Of a stretch of 56,769 nt of DNA, positions 48,319-56,769 are shown piece after piece (the stretch's first letter is position 1; every line of letters starts with the position of its first letter). Source of the stretch: Mesotaenium endlicherianum (taxonomy: Eukaryota). Both the position numbers and the translations under genes were made by a program. The notes beneath the pieces were generated by a model. The model saw only the letters and a program-made list of their open reading frames with translations, was not told the origin of the DNA and did no database searches. The stretch covers positions 1 through 56,769 of the forward strand of contig WELA01001339.1 in assembly GCA_009602735.1 (NCBI GenBank), given 5' to 3'.

Positions 48319-51300
48319 GCCAGGAGCCTACCACCCCAAGACCCACTTCACGAGAAGGCAACACGCCAAGTGAGGTGGAGACCCCCGTTGAAGACGACGT
48401 TCCAGCCCCAATGAGTTTGAGAGGTTACCTTGGAGGAGAGAAGGTCCACATCTTGGTGGATAGCGGAGCTCAAGGCAACTTCATTGCTGCAGATTTTGCC
48501 ACCAAGCACGGTATTACTATGCGAACTCTTGACCACGACGAGGAGATTATGATGCCCGATGGATTCTCCTATACTACCCCTTCCAAGAAGACGTACCCCT
48601 TGGCACTCTCTATCAAGTCCTTCAAGGATAGAGTAGTGTTCTCCCCCATGCAATTGGGCAAGTACGACGTCATCCTAGGGACGCCTTGGTTGACCAAGCA
48701 CAACCCCCAAGTTGATTGGAGGACCGGTACTATCAAGATCAAGAATGACATCACTTCAAGAATCTGTATTTTGCGCGCAATCCAGAATATCCAGACCCAA
48801 GACATCCAGAAGCCGGCACACGAGATACTATTGTCCGCCCTCCAACTCAAGAGACTTGTGAGGAAGGGACACGAGCTTCTTTTGGCCTTGATCACGCCAA
48901 AAGACATCAAGAAAGACATCGAGAGTCAAGAAGGCAGCCCCGTTCCCAAGGAGATACAAGAAGTCTTTGAGGACTACAAAGAAGTGTTCTCCCCGGAATT
49001 GCCCAAGGGCCTACCCCCCAAAAGATTCGTAGACCACAAGATAGAGTTGGAGCCCGGAAGCAAGCCCATCTCTCGGCCTACGTTCAAAATGTCATACACG
49101 GAGCTAGACGAAGTCAAGAAGCAAATCAAGGAGCTACTGGAGCATGGCTTCATTCGACCTAGCAAGTCGCCATTTGGAGCCCCGGTGCTATTTGTCAAGA
49201 AGAAAGATGGTACCTTGAGGATGTGTGTGGACTATCGCGCCCTCAACAAGATCACCATCAAGAATCGATACCCGCTGCCGCGCATGGATGAGCTCATGGA
49301 CCGGCTGGTTGGAGCCAAGTACTTCACGAAGATTGACTTACGGAGCGGCTACCACCAGATTCGCATCGCAGAACCGGACATAGAGAAGACGGCATTCAGG
49401 ACAAGATATGGACATTTTGAGTTCATGGTCCTGCCATTTGGACTCACCAACGCGCCAGCAACTTTCATGACTATGATGAACACCATATTTCAGCCCATGT
49501 TGGACAGATTTGTGGTGGTATTCATCGATGACATCCTTATCTACAGCAAGACCCTTGAAGAGCATGCGAGACACTTGAAAGAAGTCCTTGAAGTATTGAA
49601 GCAAAACAAGCTGTTTGCGAAGGAGTCAAAATGCGAGTTTGCCAAACAAGAAGTGGAGTTCCTAGGTCTCCACGTGACTGCTGATGGCATCAAGATAGAC
49701 CCCAAGAAGACCACGGTGGTGGAGGAATGGCCAACCCCCACGACCAAGAAAGAACTCCAGTCATTCTTGGGATTTGCCAATTGGTACAGAAAATTCATCC
49801 AAGGCTTCTCGCACATAGCAGCCCCCCTGACAGATCTACTCAAGAAGGACAGGCTATATACATGGACCGAGAAAGAGGAAGAGGCATTTCAAGAGTTAAA
49901 GCGAAGATTGACCACATCCCCGGTGCTCACACTCCCAAGTCCAAACCCAGATTGGCCCTTCCACGTCATCACCGATGCATCTTCCTATGCAATAGGAGCA
50001 ATCCTGCTTCAAGACCAAGGCAAGGGACTGCAGCCCATCGCCTACGAGTCAAGGAAGCTAAATCCAGCCGAGCAAAATTATACAACCACGGAGCGAGAGG
50101 CATTGGCGATTGTACATGCCTTGAAGGTTTGGCGCTGCTACGTTGAAGGACGCAAAGTACTGGTCACCACGGACCACGAGGCGTTAAAGCACCTCCAAAC
50201 GCAGCCGTATCTCTCAAGGAGACAAGCAAGATGGAGCGGATACTTGCAACAATACAACATCACGATTCAGTACCAGCCCGGCAAGACAAACCCGGCTGAC
50301 CCCCTCTCAAGACTGCAATTAAATGCAGTGATGGTATCCCTGAAGACAGATCTGGAAGCTCGATTTTCAGCCGCCTATGAAAGAGACCCTTACTACAAGA
50401 ACGGAGAAGCAGCCTTGGACCCATGCAAGAAGCAAGAAGGCAATTATTGGGTGAGGCAAGATACGGGCCAGAGATGTGTTCCTAATGACTTAGACCTCCG
50501 GCTCTTGCTTCTACGAGAAGCACACGACAACCCTCTTGGAGGACACTTTGGAATCCTAAGGACCACGGGCGTTCTAGCTAGGACTTATTGTTGGCCAGGC
50601 ATGTCTAAGCAAGTCAAGGAGTACTGCAGGAGCTGTGACACATGCCAAAGAATCAAGCCATCATCGCAAAAGGCGGGAGGACTCCTCCAACCACTACCAA
50701 TCCCCGAAAGACAATGGACGGACATCTCAATGGACCTTATCGTGGACTTGCCCGTGACACCTCGAGGCCATAATGCAATACTCACGGTGGTGGACAGACT
50801 TACCAAGATGGCTCATTTTATTCCCACGACGACTAAGGCTACAGCACCACAACTTGCAAGACTCATCTTTGACAACATCTTCCGACTCCATGGACTACCA
50901 TCAAGAATTGTGTCAGATAGAGATCCAAGATTCACAAGCCATTTCTGGAAAAATCTCTTCAAGAACTTGGGTACATCGCTGGATATGTCTACTGCCTACC
51001 ACCCACAATCAGATGGGCAAACCGAGCGTATGAATCGTACCCTAAAGACCTCTCTAAAGGCCTACGTGTCTACCCTCGAGCAAGACTGGGACATGTACTT
51101 GACCCCCCTCGAGTTTGCCTACAACAACACTACGCAGGCCTCTACCCAAGAGTCCCCATTCTTCCTCAACTATGGCTTCCATCCGACCACGCCACTGAGC
51201 TTCACGGCTGGCCATGATGAAGTACCTGCAGCCACAGATTTTATGGAGACATTAGAAGCAGCCCTTACAGCAGCGAAGAAAGCTCTACAACACGCGCAAG

Positions 51301-51905
51301 ATGCTCAAGCAAGAGTGGCGAACAGATCCAGAAGAGAAATTACGTACAGAGTGGGTGACAACGTGTTACTATCATCCAAGAACATTTCCCTGAACAACAG
51401 GCCTGCCGGCAGCAAGTTCTCTCCCAAGTATTTGGGACCCTTCAAGATTATCCAGCAAGTCAACCCCGTTGCTTTCAAGCTAGAACTTCCCCAGACTATG
51501 CACATCGACCCCGTATTCCACGCTTCCCTCTTCAAGCCATATGTGCAACCCGACAACAAGTTCCCAGGACGTGTGACAACCCCACCAGCCCCAACAATAG
51601 TGGATGATCATTTGGAGTACGAAGTGGAAGACATAGTGGCTATGAGAAATTTCAGGAGACAGCAGCAATACTTGATCAAGTGGAAAGGATATCCAGATTC
51701 GGAGAATAGTTGGGTGGCGGCGCACTACCTTGACAAAGTTCAGAGAAAGTTGAAGCGCTTCCATGCCGCCAACCCCCATCTTGGACCAGCCCCAAGTCTC
51801 TCTACTAGAAGCCCGAAGACTTCAGGGAGGCAGCCTGCCACCATCAAGAAGCAGCAGAAGACCCCTTGGAGGCAGCCTGCAAGAACAAGAAAGAGGAAAA
51901 ATTGA
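48297..51905 (+). CDS. pol: Pol of F (PR-RT-RH-IN-chromodomain), reached by -1 frameshift
   Basis: A AAA AAC heptamer; VDSGA, FIDD, ITDAS, integrase, [14 protein letters not shown]; no stops. Confidence 0.95.
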   Translation, partial: KKRTAPVGQEPTTPRPTSREGNTPSEVETPVEDDVPAPMSLRGYLGGEKVHILVDSGAQGNFIAADFATKHGITMRTLDHDEEIMMPDGFSYTTPSKKTYPLALSIKSFKDRVVFSPMQLGKYDVILGTPWLTKHNPQVDWRTGTIKIKNDITSRICILRAIQNIQTQDIQKPAHEILLSALQLKRLVRKGHELLLALITPKDIKKDIESQEGSPVPKEIQEVFEDYKEVFSPELPKGLPPKRFVDHKIELEPGSKPISRPTFKMSYTELDEVKKQIKELLEHGFIRPSKSPFGAPVLFVKKKDGTLRMCVDYRALNKITIKNRYPLPRMDELMDRLVGAKYFTKIDLRSGYHQIRIAEPDIEKTAFRTRYGHFEFMVLPFGLTNAPATFMTMMNTIFQPMLDRFVVVFIDDILIYSKTLEEHARHLKEVLEVLKQNKLFAKESKCEFAKQEVEFLGLHVTADGIKIDPKKTTVVEEWPTPTTKKELQSFLGFANWYRKFIQGFSHIAAPLTDLLKKDRLYTWTEKEEEAFQELKRRLTTSPVLTLPSPNPDWPFHVITDASSYAIGAILLQDQGKGLQPIAYESRKLNPAEQNYTTTEREALAIVHALKVWRCYVEGRKVLVTTDHEALKHLQTQPYLSRRQARWSGYLQQYNITIQYQPGKTNPADPLSRLQLNAVMVSLKTDLEARFSAAYERDPYYKNGEAALDPCKKQEGNYWVRQDTGQRCVPNDLDLRLLLLREAHDNPLGGHFGILRTTGVLARTYCWPGMSKQVKEYCRSCDTCQRIKPSSQKAGGLLQPLPIPERQWTDISMDLIVDLPVTPRGHNAILTVVDRLTKMAHFIPTTTKATAPQLARLIFDNIFRLHGLPSRIVSDRDPRFTSHFWKNLFKNLGTSLDMSTAYHPQSDGQTERMNRTLKTSLKAYVSTLEQDWDMYLTPLEFAYNNTTQASTQESPFFLNYGFHPTTPLSFTAGHDEVPAATDFMETLEAALTAAKKALQHAQDAQARVANRSRREITYRVGDNVLLSSKNISLNNRPAGSKFSPKYLGPFKIIQQVNPVAFKLELPQTMHIDPVFHASLFKPYVQPDNKFPGRVTTPPAPTIVDDHLEYEVEDIVAMRNFRRQQQYLIKWKGYPDSENSWVAAHYLDKVQRKLKRFHAANPHLGPAPSLSTRSPKTSGRQPATIKKQQKTPWRQPARTRKRKN

Positions 51906-52529
51906 CATTAGACACTCTTCTCTTCTCGCAGTTTCTGGACAGAAAACTAAAACTGCTACTGGTAATAGGTCTCTGCATAATAAATTCTGAAAATTTACCT
52001 GGCTGTAGTCCATGAGTAGCCGGTCATTTAGAGTCCAAGTTTGCTCAATTTGGAGCACTGGTGAGAGAGATATGATGCTCTAAGTAGAAGGGGGTCAGGC
52101 TGCTGGCATTGTTAGGACAGAATATGCCTTCTGACATTGTGCCTTCCCCTGAACTTGGAATGCTCTGAAACTCAAGACTCTGGTAGAACATCTTACAGCG
52201 CCCAGTTTGAGACTTAGTTTGCAGAATTTGGAGAAGTATAGAAGGACTTATGATTTTCAGAAGTTTCTGCACAGATTTGGAGGAGTGCCTACTCTCTCAG
52301 CTCTCAACGACACTCCAGAAATGAGAATGCTCTCAAATTTGGTGACCCGGTAGAGTTCTCCGACGCGGTCCGTCTGGCACTCGAATTTTCAGATTTGGAG
52401 CAGTTCTGTGGCCGCTATGAATTTTTGAGTTCGTGGCAGATTCTGGGCCAACTTGTACAATTTTCTTTATCATTAAGGAGTAGGCTAGCCAATAAGGTCA
52501 CACCACCTACGACCTTGCCTAGTCTACCT

Positions 52530-52645
52530 TACATGTGTAGCACCTGACTTGGCGCCTTTGACTAGTCCTCTTCACATGTGTGGCATCTGACTTGAAACTG
52601 TTGACTAGTTTGCTCCACATGTGTAAGACCTGACTTGACGCGCCG
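52530..52645 (+). repeat. Three ~44-bp tandem repeats in the F 3' UTR
   Basis: ACATGTGT...CTGACTTG unit. Confidence 0.75.
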
Positions 52646-53951
52646 AGACGTCGCTTTTTCTATCGGGGGGGTGATGTAGTGATTTGAGTTATTATATATT
52701 AGTTTGCATATATTTTAATGTTTTCAAATATATTTGGAGTAGTATTGTGTGGAGTCAAGTGTGAATAGGTACTCTAGTAACTTGGTTCATGTCCTTTGAA
52801 CCTTCCAAGGCATTTTCGAAGTTAGAGGAAAGACCTAGAAGAACTCCATGTGGCAAAAGTCAAATGTGCCATTTTTAGGTCAAAAGGACATGTGTACATT
52901 ATTCTAGAAAGAGGTGGCAAGTTTTGGGATGTGTTGGGTGCCAACACATCAACATACACCTTCCTAGAAATTACTTATTTAGCAGGTATATAAACAAGAG
53001 CTAGAACATAGAAAGACATTCCAGAATCACTCTTGTACTTGCCAAAATCCAGAAATATATTAACTTTCAAGAAGCCATCTCTCTTTCAAGAAGCTACCAC
53101 TTGTGTTCAAAGATCCTTGTCTTGAATAGATAAAGTATTCTGTTTTACTAAGTACTTTATCTATCTGTTTCACTACACGCTTGGCTAAACCGAAATTTCT
53201 AGGTAATTCGACCTAGTCGGCACTCCGCGTCAGCCGAACTTACGTGAAGGTTTGAGTTCATTCTAACGGGCCAGATCGCTCGACGCTGTCGGTCAATCCG
53301 ACGGTCGCGCTCACCGCGAATTAAGGACAGTCGTCAACCGACCTCAAAACTAATTAAACTTCAGAAATCCGTAACTCTCTCAACACTTGACCAAATTCGA
53401 TGAACTTTATATCAAAATGACCACAAAAATGCATTCTACACTACTGTATAATAACAACATACTTTCATGCAACTCAAAAATGCACTTTATAAATCTATGA
53501 ACTTACAGAGAGTTGGCCTCGTTTTCGAATGCCGAACTCGAAAGCAATCCCTAGCATATGTACATGGAATGAGTTTACTGTTCAACGGCAAGTGCGATGG
53601 CACCGCCTAACCAGGACCTCGGTTAACCAAATCCACCGCCATGTCCTATCATCCCGAATAGCCATCCATCCTAGGGATGTCATTTGGCCATTCATCTAGC
53701 ATATCACCCGTAGATGCATATCTAGGCAGTTCGTTGCGACCGAGTACGGAAGTCAGCTGGTTGTCAAAGAATGTGTCAGCAAGCTGACTTAAGTTGATTT
53801 CAGCCTGCTGCTTCCGGCTGAGTCATTAGACTGTTATTTTTATAAAGTCCAGCAGACTGAATAATAACTAGAGTTCAGCAGGCTGAACTTATTTAACTAT
53901 TATATTTAAATGAATATTATATCAACCAATATATTGATTCATTACACCGAA

Positions 53952-54557
53952 GTGCTTGCACCTAAGACTCATTTTAGGCGTGTGTCGGCAAAAGAGAAAA
54001 AGGAAGTGCCAGCTCCTGGATTAGTTAAGCATTATAATACTCACAAGGATGGAGTAGACCAATATGATTCTCTGTGTCTAGCTAAGAACCACAATACTGA
54101 GAGAGTCCTAGTGAATAGGAAGTGGTGGCATAGGGCGTATTGGGGCATCTTTGATGGCCAGCTTGCTAACGCTTTCATTCTGTACAAGTTGGCGCATCCT
54201 GACTTTGACAGATTTGACATGTATGTGGAGGTAATGGATGAGATGTGCTAATTTCACCATCCTCATGATGCAGGGCCTAGCAAAATAGCAACTAGGACAG
54301 CACCATGCCAGCATGCTGGAGAGGCTAGGTGGAACCACATGCACTTTCCTGCTAAGGTTGAGGAGAGGAAGCATTGTGTGGTGTGCAACGCCGCTACTTT
54401 TGGATATCGTGCCGATGGTCCAAGGTCTCCCAAGGTATACTTCAAGTGTGAGCATTGCAATGTGTATCTTTGCCTTGCTGTGTGCTTTGAGAGATACCAC
54501 ACAAAGAGAGAGATTGATCATCTAGATGTAGGACAAAGAAGAGAGGTGAGGGCTTAG
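53952..54557 (+). pseudogene. piggyBac transposase 2, 3' part with Cys-rich domain
   Basis: HYNTHKDGVDQYD, KWWHR, HCVVC...CEHCNVYLC..CFERYH. Confidence 0.88.
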
Positions 54558-55306
54558 GGCAGGTATTAGGCGCTACGCGCGTATTTCATCGATTCTGAGT
54601 ATTTATGTAGCCTGGTAACAAAAAAAATATTCATTGTTTGAAGAAGCTCTTGAGTTGCAGTGTGAATGTGTTGGTCATAATTAAATTAAGTAGTTTTTTA
54701 ATTAACCAAAACTATTTAGTAGTATTGTTTGCCCCTGAAGATTGCAATGTATGTTAATTAAATTTTGAGTTAATTAAATAAATAAAAAGTCACATGGCTA
54801 GAAGTTGAGGCTGAGTATCAGTCACTTGAATCTTATATCCAAATATCTTGTATAGTGACCTGTAGGGTGTATTATGTATGAGTGCATCTCATAGCTTTTG
54901 TTGCACCATGCAAAATAAATGGCCCATATAAGCCCCAAGTTTGCCAAATGCTATAACTTGTAGAATACTTCTTTGTTGAGTCCAAAATTACACCCATTCA
55001 CTCTTTATGTGTATGTGTACCTCTGGCATCATTCACAACTGCTGAAGAAAAGCATTGAAGGAAGGGTCATCAACCAAAGTTGACCATTTTGTCGATGTTT
55101 CGTTTCACCTTTTTCTTCTCAAATTTGCGATCAGAAGAAAATGGTCCTTGAAAAAAAAAAACTACAGCCATGAAGAGGGTGATATACTCTTACAGAGCAT
55201 ATAAGGTACATACTCATTGAACAGCTACTGTGGTTTAAACAAATCAAAGAATGTGGGTAGTTGTTGGTCCAAAAACCATACGTTCCGTTGGGCCATCTAG
55301 TGTTAA

Positions 55307-55820
55307 CACCTGCTACGAGGGCAGCTAGCAATGACTCACTAACTCTAGCATCCTCACAGTCAGTAGACTGGATTATTGATTGTTGCTGTTTTTTAAAAGT
55401 TGGTCCTTTTGTTCACCTTTGGCAGGTGTTTTCTAGGACCATGCTCTCTATGCTCTCTTGGCAATGGTACCAAATAAATTTTGGAGAGCCTGGTCTCGGC
55501 GTAGCACTACCATCACCTCTTTCAAAGCATCCTTGAGAGTACCCACCTCTCCCCTTAGATTGCATAGCATTGTACTCATAACCATAAGACTCTTGCGCAT
55601 CCACCTGATAATCCTCAGCCTGGTCTCCTCGAATCGCATTGTAGGAACCATGTGGCTTTTTGACAATCTTAGCTACCAAAGCACTACTCTGGCGCTTGTG
55701 GTTGAATTGCTGCAAGCATCAGTATCTTGGATCAAGTCTGCCAACTTCTCATACTTCTTTTCAGCAAAATGACTTGAGACCTCAGACTTTAAGCCAAACC
55801 TGAAGTATGCTATCTTATAC
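55307..55820 (-). pseudogene. gag: Copy D gag C-terminus and gag-pol junction
   Basis: FAEKKYEKLADLIQD; aligns to A ~7077-7597. Confidence 0.85.
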
Positions 55821-55943
55821 AACTTTTCTTTGTATGGTTCAGGGTCAATTCTAAGATCCAAGTTAGCTCTTTTGACTGTACTCTCATAATGTGGCTGATA
55901 GCCAATAAATTTTGTCATTGAATGTAGACATGTGCTGCAAATG

Positions 55944-56580
55944 TGTAATGAATCAGTATACTGGTCGATATAATATTCATTTAAATAATATAGTTAAATA
56001 AGTTCAGCCTGCTGAACTCTAAGTTAATATTCAGTCTGCTGGACTTTATACTTAATATCAGTTTAATGACTTGGCCGGAAGTAGCAGGCTGAGGCCACCT
56101 TAGGTCAGCTTGCTGACACATTCTTTGACAGCCAGCTGACTTCCGTACTCGGTAGCAGCGAACTGCCTCAATATGCATCTAAGTGTGGTATGCTAGATGA
56201 ATGGCCACATGACATCCCTATGATGGATGGCGATTTGGGATGATGGGAGATGGCGGTGGATTTGGTTAACCGAGGTCCTAGCAACGTGGTTAACTCCCGG
56301 GTAGGCGGTGCCATCGCACTGACCGTTGAACAGTAAACTCATTCCATGTACATACGCTAGACATTGCTCTCGAGTTCGGCATTCGGAAACGAGGCCAACT
56401 CTCTTGTACAGCTTACTGAGAGAGATCTGAATCCAAGGCGAGAAGCCATTGATACGCACTGTCTTCTAACCTTGCTTATGTATGAGTTTACTGATTTGCA
56501 TCATTGATGCTAGTTTACTCGCATTTGACTTACGAGTATTATTCCCTGCTAGTGTATTGTCCTTTGCCGTTTAACTAGTT
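55944..56580 (+). repeat. Family-A LTR, cut at the single N (56581)
   Basis: Close match to the C 3' LTR. Confidence 0.92.
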
Positions 56581-56581
56581 N

Positions 56582-56769
56582 CTCTTGTACTTGCCAAAAT
56601 CCAGAAATATATTAACTTTCAAAAAGCCATCTCTCTTTCAAGAAGCTACCACTTGTGTTCAAAGATCCTTGTCTTGAAAAGATAAAATATTCTATTTCAC
56701 TAAGTACTTTATCTATCTATTTCACTACAGTGGTATCGGAGCTAGGCACTTTGGTAGCACAAGAAGATG
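56582..56769 (+). mobile_element. Start of a second family-F element (LTR 3' end, PBS, gag ATG)
   Basis: Matches 46853-47040; PBS 56731-56742. Confidence 0.9.

Larger units (their letters stand above)
46498..53177 (+). mobile_element. Intact Ty3/gypsy chromovirus, family F
   Basis: 503-bp LTRs (46498-47000, 52675-53177; about 5 differences), TSD CGCTT, PBS 47002-47013, PPT 52665-52674. Confidence 0.97.
46081..53507 (-). repeat. Family-B solo LTR, split into 46081-46497 and 53178-53507
   Basis: Reverse complement of the B LTR; flanked by a 42-bp duplication. Confidence 0.92.
45778..53946 (-). repeat. Family-A solo LTR, split into 45778-46080 and 53508-53946
   Basis: LTR termini; TSD CCAAA/CCGAA. 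Confidence 0.9.
43823..55302 (+). mobile_element. piggyBac-like DNA transposon 2, carrying a triple nested insertion
   Basis: TTAA TSD (43819-43822 / 55303-55306); degenerate TIR CATTAAATAGCCC / CACTAGATGGCCC. Confidence 0.9.
22748..55820 (-). mobile_element. Old family-A chromovirus, copy D, fragmented by six direct insertions; both ends truncated
   Basis: LTR stub 22748-22787 plus PPT, ORF3 relic, pol pieces and gag C-terminus, all co-linear with copy A once the insertions are removed. Confidence 0.88.

Noticed and set aside
56575..56590. Apparent fusion of a family-A LTR to a family-F LTR
   Set aside because: The junction is an N, so adjacency is a scaffolding join

Overview
The window is eukaryotic, transposon-saturated, heterochromatin-like DNA with no recognisable host gene. 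The tRNA-iMet primer sites, chromoviruses and a DNMT-bearing retroelement suggest a plant or streptophyte alga (inference). It is a nest of three chromodomain-bearing Ty3/gypsy families. Family A has copies A (436-9136, -), C (25206-34050, +), an old fragmented copy D (22748-55820, -) and several solo LTRs. Family B has an intact young copy (11771-17913) and two solo LTRs. Family F has an intact copy (46498-53177) and the start of another. Also present are a GC-rich retroelement remnant with a retropepsin and a DNMT3-like methyltransferase N-terminus, two piggyBac-like transposons, a hAT-type MITE and a probable RAG1/Transib/Chapaev-like transposase relic. The most striking system is in family A: a third ~555-aa sense ORF at the env position, with no transmembrane segment. 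It is intact in A and C although pol is dead, and it is far more divergent between copies than gag-pol. It is bracketed by duplicated polypurine tracts and is preceded in all three copies by a 102-108 nt GT-AG intron with a branch point, ending one base before the ATG. All alignments and counts were made by eye.
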